The notes: generated by a model from the letters alone, not told the origin. 64,000 bases of DNA from Anaeromyxobacter oryzae (GCF_023169945.1 NZ_AP025591.1:3156481-3220480); one strand, 5' to 3'; counted from the stretch's first letter, positions 30,709 through 41,107 are shown. Numbers and translations: made by a program.

Positions 30709-32771
30709 ATGATCGACATCCTGCTCAGCTTCAGCGTCATCGCGTCCGTGGTCGGCGTCGCGCTGTTCGCGGTGCTCTTCTGGCTCTCGAACACGGTCCG
30801 GTACATCCCGAACAACCGCGTCGGCGTCATCGAGCGCCTCTGGAGCTTCAGAGGCTCGCTCGACCACGGCTTCATCGCGCTCGAGGGCGAGGCCGGCTTC
30901 CAGCCCGAGGTGCTCCGGGGCGGCTGGCACGTGTTCCCGCCGTTCCAGTACCGCGTCCACGTCGTCCCGCTCGTCACGATCCCGCAGGGCAAGATCGGCT
31001 ACGTCTTCGCTCGCGACGGGGAGACGCTCCCGCCCACGCAGACCCTCGCCTCGAACGCCCGCGCCGCGGACTTCACCGACGCGGCGGCGTTCCTGCGGAG
31101 CGGGGGCCGCAGCGCCGGGTCCTGCGCGAGGGCACCTACGCGATCAACCTCGCCCAGTTCGTCGTCATCGCCACCGACGGCCTCGCGTTCCTCTCGCTCT
31201 CCGAGGAAGAGGCCCGGCTCTTCGGCGGCATGGCCCAGCTCCTCCACGACCGGAACGGCTTCGAGCCGGTCGTCATCACCGACGACGCCGTGGGGATCGT
31301 GACCGTCCACGACGGCCCGTCGCTCCCGCAGGGCGAGGTGATCGCGCCCACGGTGGGCGACCGCCCCGAGGACGCGGAGCGCTATCACAACAACTTCCAG
31401 GACCCCGAGCGCTTCCTCGCCGCCGGCGGCCTGCGCGGGCGGCAGCTGCAGGTCCTCGTCGAAGGCACCTATTACCTGAACCGCCTCTTCGCCACGGTCG
31501 ATCTCATCCCGAAGACCGTCATCGAGGTGGGCCACGTCGGCGTGGTGGTCTCGTACACCGGCCACGCCGGCGTGGACCTGTCCGGCGACGGGTACCGCCA
31601 CGGCGAGATGGTCCGGAGCGGCGAGCGCGGCGTTTGGAGCGAGCCGCTCCTTCCGGGCAAGTACGCCTTCAACACGTACGCCGGGAAGGTCCTCACCGTG
31701 CCGACGACGAACTTCATCCTGAAGTGGGTGAAGGGCGAGACCGGCGTCCACCGCTACGACGAGAACCTCTCCGAGGTCGTCCTCATCACGAAGGACGCGT
31801 TCGAGCCGACCCTCCCGCTCTCGGTGGTGGTGCACATCGACTACAAGAAGGCGCCGCTCGTGATCCAGCAGTTCGGGGACGTGAAGCGGCTCGTGGAGCA
31901 GACCCTCGACCCGATGGTGTCGGCGTACTTCAAGAACGTCGGCCAGACCCGCACGCTGATCCAGCTCATCCAGGATCGCTCGGAGATCCAGCGCCTCGCC
32001 GGCGAGCAGATGAGGGGGAAGTTCGACGGCTACTCGCTCGAGCTGAAGGAGGTGCTCATCGGGACGCCGCAGTCGCAGCCCAACGACCGCGCCATCGAGT
32101 CCATCCTGACGCAGCTCCGGTCGCGGCAGATCGCGGAGGAGCAGGTCGAGACCTACTCCCGCCAGGAGAAGGCGGCGGTGAAGGAGCGCGAGCTCCGCGA
32201 GGCGGAGGCGCGCGCGAAGCAGCAGACCGCGATCACGGAGTCCGAGCTCTCGATCACGGTCCAGTCGAACACCGGCAAGGCGGACTACCAGCGCTCGGTG
32301 CAGCAGGCCTCGCAGATCCGCGCGCTCGCCGAGGCGGAGGCGGACAAGGTGAAGCTCATGGGCGGGGGCGAGGCCGAGCGCGTGAAGCGGCTCGCCGAGG
32401 CCGAGGCCGAGAAGGCGGCGAAGGTCGGCGTCGCGCAGGCCCTCGCGATCGAGGAGCAGGTCCGCGCCTACGGCGGCCCGCAGCTCCAGCTCACGCAGCA
32501 GGTGCTCTCGCGGTTCGCGGAGGCCGTCGAGACGTCGCGCGTCGACGTGGTGCCCAAGATCGTGGTCGGCGGCGCGGCGGGCACGGGCGGCGCCACGGGG
32601 TCGTCGGGCTCCTCGCTGTTCGAGTCGCTCCTCGCGCTGCTCCTGTCGGATCGGCTCGGCGCGAAGGTGGGCGAGCCCGCCGAGCCGCGTGACCCGGACA
32701 TGCAGGCGTACCGCGACCGGATCCGAAACGAGGTGGTCGGGAAGCTCCAGGGGAACGGGTCCGCGCGCTGA
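30709..32771 (+). pseudogene. flotillin / SPFH (band-7) family membrane protein, reading frame broken at a G5 run (31103-31107)
   Basis: N-terminal TM plus SPFH domain in frame 1 (30709-31302); the remainder of the same protein (coiled-coil flotillin C-terminus to 32771) continues in frame 0; the switch maps to AGCGGGGGCCGC. Confidence 0.7.
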
Positions 32772-32837
32772 TCGGGTCGGCCGGGTGGGGAGGTCCCGCC
32801 CGGCAGATCTGGAACGCGCCCTGCATCGACTCTGGTC

Positions 32838-33134
32838 ATGAGCCGCCTCAAGGTTCGACACCGCCCCGATGGAGTCATCCAGCTGAACCGCCGCCGCGTG
32901 TGGGAAGTGGTGGTGCACCCCGCGTTCGCGGTCCTCCTCGCGCTGTTCGCGTCGTTCGTCGTGGTGGTCGGCGCGCTCACGACCGCCGTGATCGAGTTCC
33001 CGGATCTCCCGGAAGGGATCGCGCTGATCCTGCCCTGCCTCGTCCTGGGGCTCTGGGGCGCTCAGATGGCGCGCAGCGCGGTGGCTGCGACCGTTCCGGT
33101 CGAGGACGATCCACCGCCGCGCAGCGTCGCCTGA
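32838..33134 (+). CDS. small membrane protein (hypothetical)
   Basis: two predicted TM helices; directly downstream of the flotillin gene. Confidence 0.45.
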   Translation: MSRLKVRHRPDGVIQLNRRRVWEVVVHPAFAVLLALFASFVVVVGALTTAVIEFPDLPEGIALILPCLVLGLWGAQMARSAVAATVPVEDDPPPRSVA

Positions 33135-33266
33135 CTCGAAAAACCGACGCTGGACGCAGGGGGCGCGACATTGGCGCCCGTGCGGCGGGCCGGCAGGCGA
33201 GCTGTTTGCGCATCGCCCGCTCGATCGCGCGTTCGTTGCGCACGGACTGACGGTGCGGGTGCGCGG

Positions 33267-34349
33267 CTACGGCGGCTCGGCCGCCGCGGCGGGGCTCCGG
33301 GCACACCCCTCGAACCACCGCTCCAGCCGGTCGGCCGGAAGCGCCAGGTCGATCGCGAACTCGTCGCCGCCCGGCCGGACGCGGGCGAACTCGAGCAGGT
33401 CGGCCGCCTGCCGGTCGTCGGTCGCCTGCGCCTCGACGCGTGCCACCGCGAGCGCGGCGCCGACGGCCTTCGCGAGGTCGCCGAGGCCGGCGCCGGCGTC
33501 CCCGCGGACGCGCACGACCGCGGCGACGTCGTTCATCGCGTCGACGTGCAGCTCGATCCGGCTCGCCGCCGCGGCGAGCCGCTCTCCGAGCTCGCGGTCC
33601 GCGCCCCGGAGGAGCTTCCGCGCCGCGTCGCCGGGCACCACCCCGTAGAGCTCGCCGTAGGCCATGTCCTCGGGGATGCCGGTCTCCGGAACGGGCGCGC
33701 GGCCCTCGAGCTGGTCGAGGGCGCGCCGGACGGCGGCGTCGCCGTTGCCGACGACGAGGAGCTGATCCCGCCAGACGCCGAGCGTCTCCTGGCGGCCGTC
33801 GCGCGGCGCGTAGATCCGTCCGGCGGCCCCGTACGCCTCCACCTTCGCGTCCTTCTCCATCTCCGACCAGCGCGCCCGGTCGAAGAACCCGGACACGACC
33901 ATGGTGTCCCCCACGAACGCAACGCGGTCGATGTCCTTCAGGGCGTCGATCCCGGTCTCCTCCTGGAACGAGGAGAACGTCCTCGGGTCCTTCGCGAGCA
34001 GGCAGCCGATGAACAGCTCGCCGAGCCGGGAGTGGCGGAGCGCGTTCGCCTCGAGCACCACGATGGGCTGCCCGGGCTCGACGGGGAGCGAGACGAGGAA
34101 CGGATCGCGGCGCGCCGGCGCGGCGGGGGCCTCGACGGTGGAGGTGGGCCGGGCCGGACCGGGCGGCGGGGCAGGCAGCTCGAGCGTCGCGCGCTGCTCG
34201 TGCCGTTCCCACTCCTCCGCGCGCATGTGGGTGGGGAAGTCGGGCTCGGCGCGGTCGACCCGGGTCGGCTCGTTCTCCCCGAAGGAGAGGAGGAACGCGG
34301 CCGCGCAGAGGAGCGCGGCGGCGACGGCGAGCCAGCGGCGGCGAGTCAT
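33267..34349 (-). CDS. secreted hypothetical protein (last gene of the ABC operon)
   Basis: MTRRRWLAVAAALLCAAAFLLSF signal peptide; ATGA overlap with the upstream permease stop. Confidence 0.55.
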   Translation of the reverse strand: MTRRRWLAVAAALLCAAAFLLSFGENEPTRVDRAEPDFPTHMRAEEWERHEQRATLELPAPPPGPARPTSTVEAPAAPARRDPFLVSLPVEPGQPIVVLEANALRHSRLGELFIGCLLAKDPRTFSSFQEETGIDALKDIDRVAFVGDTMVVSGFFDRARWSEMEKDAKVEAYGAAGRIYAPRDGRQETLGVWRDQLLVVGNGDAAVRRALDQLEGRAPVPETGIPEDMAYGELYGVVPGDAARKLLRGADRELGERLAAAASRIELHVDAMNDVAAVVRVRGDAGAGLGDLAKAVGAALAVARVEAQATDDRQAADLLEFARVRPGGDEFAIDLALPADRLERWFEGCARSPAAAAEPP

Positions 34350-35185
34350 CAGAAGTCCCTCCGCTCGAAGAGCGCGACGGCGAGGGCGAGCGCCGCGCCG
34401 GCGAACAGCGCGGTCCCGCCGAGCTGGACGACGAGCTGGCGGGCGTCGAGCGGCAGCGCGTTCGCGACGCGCGCCGCGTGGCGCGCGAGCTCGGAGATGC
34501 GCGGGAGCGGCGCCGTCAGGAGGAGGAAGGCGGCGCGCGAGAGGCCGCGCTCGAACATCGGCGCGAGGCTCGCGCGGAATCCCGCGACGATGCCGGCGAC
34601 GAAGACGACGGCCCCCGCGGCGGCGGACAGCGCCGCGCTCCGGACCACCATCGCCGTCGCGACCATCACGGCGTAGAGGCCGGCGAACGCCGCGGCGGCG
34701 AGCAGCGCCGCGACCACCGGCGCCCAGCCGAAGACCCCGGTCTTCGCGAGGACGATGAGCGACAGGCCGAGCCCGCCGTAGAGCGCGCCGCCGAGGACGA
34801 GCGCCTCGACGCCGAGGAAGGTCCCGACGACGAGCTCCGCCCGGCGCACCGGCAGCGAGAGCAGGTGCTCGATGCGCCCCGGCGCGAGGAGGGCCGGCGC
34901 GAAGTCGGCGCAAGCGAGGATCCCGAACCCGAGGCCGCCGTAGAAGACCGTGTAGCTCGTCGCCTCGAAGAGGGGCCGGAGCGCGACGTCCGCGGCGCGG
35001 ATCGCGCCGTACGGGGTCCGCCCGCCGAAGAAGCGCGTCGCGGCGAGGGCGCCGTCGACGACCTCGAGCTCGAGGCCGAAGCCGGCGAGGAGGAGCAGCC
35101 CGGTCGCGCCGGCGACGAGGGCGAGGATCCACTTCCGCGCCCGCGCCTCGCGGAGCAGGTCGCGCGTGACCGCGAGGACCCTCAC
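34349..35185 (-). CDS. ABC-2 type transporter permease
   Basis: six hydrophobic segments; GTG start overlapping the stop of the upstream ATPase gene. Confidence 0.6.
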   Translation of the reverse strand: MRVLAVTRDLLREARARKWILALVAGATGLLLLAGFGLELEVVDGALAATRFFGGRTPYGAIRAADVALRPLFEATSYTVFYGGLGFGILACADFAPALLAPGRIEHLLSLPVRRAELVVGTFLGVEALVLGGALYGGLGLSLIVLAKTGVFGWAPVVAALLAAAAFAGLYAVMVATAMVVRSAALSAAAGAVVFVAGIVAGFRASLAPMFERGLSRAAFLLLTAPLPRISELARHAARVANALPLDARQLVVQLGGTALFAGAALALAVALFERRDF

Positions 35186-36096
35186 GCCGCCTCCCGTCCG
35201 GCGCGGAGCGCCTCGGCGAGGACGACCTCGAGGTCCTTCCCGTCGGCCTGGAGCTCGACCACGAGCGCGCCGGCCGCGCGCGCCCGGTCGAGCGCGGCGT
35301 TGAGCGGCTCCGGCTCGCCGGCGAACCGCCACCGGCCGTCCCCGCCCGCCGTGAAGCCCGCCTCCGCGAGCGCCGGCGCGGGCGCGTCGCCCTCGAACCG
35401 CACGAGCCACTCCGCGGACGTGGCGGTGAGCGCCTCGAGCGGCCCCTCCCGCGCGAGGCGACCCTCCACCAGGATGCCGATGCGCCCGCAGATCCGCTCC
35501 GTCTCCGCGAGCAGGTGGGAGTTCAGGAAGAGCGTCGCGCCCGCCGCGAGCCGGCGCGCGAGGAGCGCCCGGACCTCGACGCGGCCGATGGGATCGAGCC
35601 CGTCGGTCGGCTCGTCGAGGACGAGCAGCTCCGGGTCGCCCACCAGCGCCGCGGCGAGCCCGACGCGCTGCCGCATGCCCTTCGAGAAGCCGCCCACCCG
35701 GCGCGCCGCGGCGTGCGCGATGCCGACCTCCTCGAGCAGCGCGAGCGCGCGCGGGCGCGGGAGCGGCGCGCCCTTGAGGCGCGCGACGCTCGCCAGGATC
35801 TCGAGGGGCGTCCAGGCGGGCGACAGCCGGAGGCGCTCCGGCATGTAGCCGACGCGGGCGCGGATGCGTGGATCCTCGGGGTCGCCGCCGAGCAGCCGGA
35901 CGGCGCCGGCGGTCGGCCGGACCACGCCGAGGAGCGTCTTCACGAACGTGGTCTTCCCCGCGCCGTTCGGTCCGATGAGGCCGAACGCGGTCCCCCGCGG
36001 CACCGCGAGGTCGACGCCACGCAGCGCGTCGTGGACCTTGCGGCCGAGCGGACCGGTGTAGCGCTTCGCGAGCCCCCGCGCCTCGATCGCCAGCAC
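35182..36096 (-). CDS. ABC transporter ATP-binding protein
   Basis: Walker A GPNGAGKTT, signature FSKGMRQRV, Walker B LLVLDEPT. Confidence 0.9.
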   Translation of the reverse strand: MLAIEARGLAKRYTGPLGRKVHDALRGVDLAVPRGTAFGLIGPNGAGKTTFVKTLLGVVRPTAGAVRLLGGDPEDPRIRARVGYMPERLRLSPAWTPLEILASVARLKGAPLPRPRALALLEEVGIAHAAARRVGGFSKGMRQRVGLAAALVGDPELLVLDEPTDGLDPIGRVEVRALLARRLAAGATLFLNSHLLAETERICGRIGILVEGRLAREGPLEALTATSAEWLVRFEGDAPAPALAEAGFTAGGDGRWRFAGEPEPLNAALDRARAAGALVVELQADGKDLEVVLAEALRAGREAA

Positions 36097-36216
36097 GCCC
36101 CGGATGGTAGACGATCCGGCGCGCCGGGCGACGGGCGATGCGCGCCGCTCGCTCCGGATCGTCCGGGCGTGGCGTCTCGACGCGGGGCGACCGGCGTGAT
36201 TATCTCGGCCTTCCCG

Positions 36217-37485
36217 ATGGAGACCGACACCTCGACCCTGGCCCGCACCGCCCCGGCGGTCCCCGCCGTGCGCTCCGTCCTGAACGCCGCCGTGATCGTC
36301 GCGGCGCTCGGGTACTTCGTCGACATCTACGACCTCATCCTGGTCTCGATCGTGCGACGCCCGAGCCTCACGGCCCTCGGCGTCTCCGGCGAGGCGCTCG
36401 TCTCGCAGGGCGTCGCGATCCTGAACTGGCAGATGTACGGGATGCTCCTCGGCGGCATCCTCTTCGGCGTCCTCGGCGACAAGAAGGGGCGGCTCCAGAT
36501 CCTGTTCGGTTCGATCACCCTCTACTCGCTAGCGACCCTCGCGAACGGGTTCGTCCACGACCTCGCGACGTACAAGGTGCTCCGGTTCGTCGCGGGCGTC
36601 GGGCTCGCGGGCGAGCTCGGCGCGGGCGTGACGCTCGTCTCGGAGATCCTGCCGGCCCGGCTCCGCGGCTACGGGACGATGATCGTGGCGTCGGTCGGGG
36701 TGTCCGGCGCCGTGGTCGGAAACCTCGTCGCGAAGCTCCTGGACTGGCGCGCCGCGTACTGGGTCGGCGGCGGCCTCGGGCTCCTCCTCCTCGTGCTCCG
36801 GATCGGCGTCCACGAGTCGGGCATGTTCCGGAAGCTCGAGACGGCGAGCGGCGTCTCGCGCGGCGACTTCCTCTCCCTCTTCACGCGGCGCGATCGCCTC
36901 GGGCGCTATCTCGCCTCGATCCTCATCGCGATGCCGATCTGGTTCGCGAACGCGATCCTGGTGTTCTTCGCGCCGGAGTTCGCGGTGAAGCTCGGCGTGA
37001 CCGGCCCCGTGTCCGCGGGCGACGCGGTGGCGTTCTTCTACGGCGGCCTCGTCGCCGGCGACGTCGCGAGCGGCGTCCTCTCGCAGGTGATCGGGAGCCG
37101 CCGGCGCGTCGTGCTGCTGTTCGTGACCCTCCTCGCTGCCGCGATCGGCGTCTACTTCGCCGTGGCGCCCGGCGCCTCGCCGCGCACCTTCCTCGTCCTC
37201 TGCGGCCTGCTCGGGCTCACGAGCGGCTACTGGGCGATCTTCGTCACCGTCGCCGCGGAGCAGTTCGGGACCAACATCCGCGCCACCGTCGCGACGACCG
37301 TGCCGAACTTCGTGCGCGGCCTCGTCGCGCTCGTCACGACCTCGTTCCTGTGGCTCCGCCCCGGGCTCGGGCTCGTGGGCGCGGCCCTCGCGGTGGGTGC
37401 GGTCTGGTTCGCGCTCGCCTTCGTCTCCGCGCTCTCGCTCCGCGAGACCTTCGGCGTCGACCTCGACTACCTCGAGCCGGACTAG
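36217..37485 (+). CDS. MFS transporter
   Basis: 12 hydrophobic helices; the conserved loop between predicted helices 2 and 3 reads GVLGDKKGR (MFS signature). Confidence 0.75.
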   Translation: METDTSTLARTAPAVPAVRSVLNAAVIVAALGYFVDIYDLILVSIVRRPSLTALGVSGEALVSQGVAILNWQMYGMLLGGILFGVLGDKKGRLQILFGSITLYSLATLANGFVHDLATYKVLRFVAGVGLAGELGAGVTLVSEILPARLRGYGTMIVASVGVSGAVVGNLVAKLLDWRAAYWVGGGLGLLLLVLRIGVHESGMFRKLETASGVSRGDFLSLFTRRDRLGRYLASILIAMPIWFANAILVFFAPEFAVKLGVTGPVSAGDAVAFFYGGLVAGDVASGVLSQVIGSRRRVVLLFVTLLAAAIGVYFAVAPGASPRTFLVLCGLLGLTSGYWAIFVTVAAEQFGTNIRATVATTVPNFVRGLVALVTTSFLWLRPGLGLVGAALAVGAVWFALAFVSALSLRETFGVDLDYLEPD

Positions 37486-37487
37486 CC

Positions 37488-38006
37488 ATGTCGCTCTACG
37501 TGGTGGACGTCGAGTCGGACGGCCCGATCCCGGGCAAGTACTCGATGGTCTCCTTCGGCGCGGTGGTCGTCGAGCCCGGCCTCGCCCGGACCTTCTACGG
37601 CCGGACGCGGCCGATCTCGGATCTCTGGCTCCCGGAGGCGCTCGCGATCTCCGGGGCGACGCGCGCAGAGCACCTCACGTACGACGAGCCCGGCGAGGTG
37701 ATGGAGCGGTTCGAGAAGTGGGTGCAGGAGACCTCGAAGGGCCGGCCGGTCTTCTTCTCGGACAACCTCGCGTACGACTGGCAGTTCATCAACTGGTACT
37801 TCCACACCTACCTCGGCCGGAACCCCTTCGGCTGGTCCGGCCGGCGCATCGGCGACCTCTACTGCGGCATGGTGAAGGACGCGTACGCCACGTGGAAGCA
37901 CCTCCGCTCGACCGCGCACGATCACCATCCGGTGAACGACGCGAAGGGGAACGCCGAGGTGATCCTCAAGCTCGTCGAGATGGGGCTGAAGCTGCAGGTT
38001 CGCTGA
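37488..38006 (+). CDS. DEDDh-family 3'-5' exonuclease (standalone DnaQ-like domain)
   Basis: VVDVESDG (Exo I), DNLAYDWQF (Exo II), HHPVNDAKGNAE (Exo III H-x4-D); start immediately after the MFS stop. Confidence 0.65.
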   Translation: MSLYVVDVESDGPIPGKYSMVSFGAVVVEPGLARTFYGRTRPISDLWLPEALAISGATRAEHLTYDEPGEVMERFEKWVQETSKGRPVFFSDNLAYDWQFINWYFHTYLGRNPFGWSGRRIGDLYCGMVKDAYATWKHLRSTAHDHHPVNDAKGNAEVILKLVEMGLKLQVR

Positions 38007-38147
38007 TCCGCCCCGGCGCGCGCGTGTGTGGCCGGGACGCACCGGCGCCCTCCGCCGCGCACATACTGACAGTAGACGTCCCGATCGGGTCTCTGGGATG
38101 ATGCCCGCCGATGCCCGGGCTCCACCGGGCAAGGGAGGGTTCACCCA

Positions 38148-38510
38148 GTGGAAAATGAAGTCGCAGCCGGCGTCGCGCAGGCGATGGCCGTCGTGCAGCT
38201 CGTCTCGCTCGCCGTCATGGTCCTCATGACGATCGGGATGTGGAAGATCTTCTCCAAGGCCGGCCAGCCTGGCTGGGCGTCGCTCATCCCCTTCTTCAAC
38301 ATGTACGTGCTGCTCAAGGTGGCTGGGCGGCCGGGCTGGTGGCTCGTCCTGCTGTTCATCCCGCTCGTGAACCTCGTGATCCTGATCCTCGTCGGGATCG
38401 ATCTCGCGAAGGCCTTCGGGAAGGGCGTCGGCTACGGCCTCGGCCTCACGTTCCTCTCGCCGATCTTCTACCCGCTCCTCGGATTCTCGGACGACCCGTA
38501 CCAGGGCTAG
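38148..38510 (+). CDS. small polytopic membrane protein (DUF5684-like)
   Basis: three TM helices, KIFSKAGQPGWASLIPFFNMYVLLKVAGRPGWW motif. Confidence 0.5.
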   Translation: MENEVAAGVAQAMAVVQLVSLAVMVLMTIGMWKIFSKAGQPGWASLIPFFNMYVLLKVAGRPGWWLVLLFIPLVNLVILILVGIDLAKAFGKGVGYGLGLTFLSPIFYPLLGFSDDPYQG

Positions 38511-38532
38511 GCTCGCGAGCATCCGGCGTGAA

Positions 38533-38577
38533 ACGACCCGGTCCGCCTGGCGCGGGCCGGGTCGTCGCGTCTCGCGG
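38533..38577. repeat. GC-rich hairpin element, copy A of a 4-member family
   Basis: GACCCGG-n15-CCGGGTC followed by GTCGTCGCGTCTCGCGG; family motif GGCCCGGTCC...GGGCCGGGCCGTCGTGTCTC. Confidence 0.45.
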
Positions 38578-38639
38578 GCGCGCCGCGCCGTGCCGACGCG
38601 CTCGACGCGCGGGCCGCGGGGTGCTTTCCTCCGCCTCCC

Positions 38640-39242
38640 GTGCGGCTCTTCCTCGAAGGCGCGCTCCTCGGCCTCTACGCCGCCCTCTCGCCCGGCCCGT
38701 TCCAGGCGTACCTGCTCGCGCAGTCGATCCGGAACGGCGCGGCGCGGACGCTGCCGGTCGCGCTCGTGCCGCTCACCTCCGACCCGCCGGTGATCGCGGT
38801 GGTGCTCGCGGCGCTCGCCCAGGTCCCGGCGGGCCTGCTCCGCGCGCTCCAGGTCGTGGGCGGCGCCATCGTGCTCTGGCTCGCGGTGACCACGCTCCAG
38901 GGCGCGCTCCGGCCGGAGCCGCCCGAGGCGCGCGTGCCGCCGCGCGGCTTCCTCCGCGCCGCGCTCCTCAACTTCACGAACCCGAACGCCTGGATCTTCT
39001 GGAGCGCCATCGGCGGCCCGGCGCTCGCGACGGCCTGGCGCGCGCGGCCCGCGGACGCGTTCGCGTTCCTCGCCGGCTTCTACGTCCTGCTCACGACCGG
39101 CAACGCGAGCTTCATCCTGCTCGCCGGCGGGGCCGGCCGCCTCGGGCCGCGGTTCCAGCGCGCGCTCGCGCTCGTCTCCGGCGCGGCCCTGCTCGGCTTC
39201 GGGATCTGGCAGGTCGGGAAGGCCGCGCGCGGGGCGGGGTAG
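38640..39242 (+). CDS. LysE/RhtB-family amino-acid exporter
   Basis: ~200 aa, six TM helices, N-terminal GxxLGxxxALSPGP motif. Confidence 0.65.
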   Translation: MRLFLEGALLGLYAALSPGPFQAYLLAQSIRNGAARTLPVALVPLTSDPPVIAVVLAALAQVPAGLLRALQVVGGAIVLWLAVTTLQGALRPEPPEARVPPRGFLRAALLNFTNPNAWIFWSAIGGPALATAWRARPADAFAFLAGFYVLLTTGNASFILLAGGAGRLGPRFQRALALVSGAALLGFGIWQVGKAARGAG

Positions 39243-39254
39243 GCTGCGCGCCGC

Positions 39255-40163
39255 CTACTTCCCGCCGCCCGGCGCAGGCTGCGTCCCACCCCCGGACGTG
39301 CCGCCGGGCGGCGTCTGCGTCTTGGGCTGCTCGGGCGGCGGCGGGATCGACTTGAGGCGCTCCTTCACCTTGGCGATCTCCGTGCTGCTCGTCCCTCCGG
39401 AGCCGGTCAGGTGGTTCTTCTGGATGTACGCCTCGATCTTCGTGATCCGGTCCGGCGTGAGCGGGTGCGTCGACAGGTAGCGCGCCCAACCCGGCTGCTT
39501 CCCCTCACCCTTCTCGAGCTTCTGGAAGAACGTCACGAGGCCGTGCGGATCGTAGCCGGCCGCGGACGCGTACCGCGCGCCGTACTCGTCCGCCTCCGAC
39601 TCGTCGGCGCGCGAGAACGCGAGCATCCCGGTCTGGCCGGCGAGGCCAGCGGCGAGCTTGGAGGCGGCGCCGGGGTCGTTGCCGAGCGCGATCGACGCGA
39701 GCGTCTCGAGGCCGAACTGGTCCACCATCTGCCGGGCCGAGTGGCGCGCGACCACGTGGCCGGACTCGTGGCCGAGCACGCCGGCGACCTCCGCGGTGTC
39801 GTCCGCCGCCTCGAGTAGCCCCGAGTACACGTACAGGTACCCGCCCGGCGTCGCGAACGCGTTCACCTGCTTCGGGTCGTTGATCACGCTCACCGTCCAC
39901 TGGACGTCCGGGCGGTCCTTCTTCGCCTGCGCGAGGATCTTCCCGGCGACGTCGTTCACGTAGGACGTGACGGTCGGGTCGTCGATGTACTGGACGTGCT
40001 GCTCCTGCTCGAGCTGCTGCTTCACCTGGACGCCGAGCTGCTTCTCCTGCTCCGGCGGGACGAGCACGTTCGCGAGCTCGGTCTCCGTCTTCGTGCGCTG
40101 CGCGCTGGAGCAGGCGAGCGCGGCGAGGATCGTGGCGAGGGCGAGCGGGCGAGAGGTGGGCAT
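39255..40163 (-). CDS. M48-family zinc metalloprotease lipoprotein
   Basis: lipobox LAALACSS; HESGH and downstream Glu (HExxH...E). Confidence 0.75.
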   Translation of the reverse strand: MPTSRPLALATILAALACSSAQRTKTETELANVLVPPEQEKQLGVQVKQQLEQEQHVQYIDDPTVTSYVNDVAGKILAQAKKDRPDVQWTVSVINDPKQVNAFATPGGYLYVYSGLLEAADDTAEVAGVLGHESGHVVARHSARQMVDQFGLETLASIALGNDPGAASKLAAGLAGQTGMLAFSRADESEADEYGARYASAAGYDPHGLVTFFQKLEKGEGKQPGWARYLSTHPLTPDRITKIEAYIQKNHLTGSGGTSSTEIAKVKERLKSIPPPPEQPKTQTPPGGTSGGGTQPAPGGGK

Positions 40164-40288
40164 TGCGGCGCTCTAGCCGCGCCGCCGCGCCCGGTCAGCA
40201 TCCGGGCGGGTGCGGCGACCGCGCGGACCCGCGTGTTTGAATCGCCGCGCCCCGCCGCGGTACAAGCGGGCATGCGCCGGAGCGCCCG

Positions 40289-41071
40289 ATGAAGCCGAAG
40301 CGCGTCGCCGCGGCTGCCTTCCTCGGCGCCGCCGTCCTGGGCGGCGTCGCATACGCGTTCCTCCGCGGCGACGTCGCCGCCGCGCACCCCGCGCCGCCGC
40401 ACGCCCCAGTCGCGCCGGAGCCGCCCGCGTCGCCGCCGCCCATCGACGCCTCGCGCATCCAGACCGGCCGGCTCTCCTTCTCGCGGATGCCGGAGGAGGT
40501 CACGGGCGCCCTCGAGGTGCACTCCGCCGAGATCGTGAAGACCGCCGAGGCGCTCGCGACCAAGCAGGCGCGCATCGTCGGTACGTGCGCGCCCGGCTCG
40601 GCGATCCGCGTCGTCGGCGAGGACGGGAGCGTCGTCTGCCAGAAGCTCCCGCGCGGCGTGGTGTCGGTGTCGGCGCTGAACGGCCTGCCGCGCGTCGCGA
40701 CCACGACCACCGCCCAGCAGAGCGTCCCGGGCGGCGTCGGACGCTACCAGTCCGGTGGCGAGGACGACTTCCTCGTCGTGCCGGTGACGCTCCCGGACGG
40801 TGCGATCGTGACCGGGTTCTCCTACGTGTTCTGGGACGCGGCCGCGAAGGTGGACGGCGGCGCGTACCTCTACCGGTCGGACGACACCGCCATGGCGGCG
40901 GTCGCGACCGAGGGCGCGAACGAGGAGGTCCGGATCGTCTCGACCGAGGAGATCCAGGCGCGCCGGGTGGACAACTCCGCGTACGCGTACTTCGTGTACA
41001 TGCAGATGTCCGCGCAGGCGGGGCAGAACCTGATGCCGATCGCGGCGTCGGTGGCGTACCGGCTGCCGTAG
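40289..41071 (+). CDS. secreted hypothetical protein
   Basis: N-terminal TM/signal; normal composition. Confidence 0.5.
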   Translation: MKPKRVAAAAFLGAAVLGGVAYAFLRGDVAAAHPAPPHAPVAPEPPASPPPIDASRIQTGRLSFSRMPEEVTGALEVHSAEIVKTAEALATKQARIVGTCAPGSAIRVVGEDGSVVCQKLPRGVVSVSALNGLPRVATTTTAQQSVPGGVGRYQSGGEDDFLVVPVTLPDGAIVTGFSYVFWDAAAKVDGGAYLYRSDDTAMAAVATEGANEEVRIVSTEEIQARRVDNSAYAYFVYMQMSAQAGQNLMPIAASVAYRLP

Positions 41072-41075
41072 GTTC

Positions 41076-41107
41076 CGGGCGTCGGGCGTCGGGCGTCGGG
41101 CGTCGTG
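41076..41107. repeat. tandem octamer repeat (GCGTCGGG)x4
   Basis: ggcgtcgggcgtcgggcgtcgggcgtcgtggg read directly. Confidence 0.7.
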
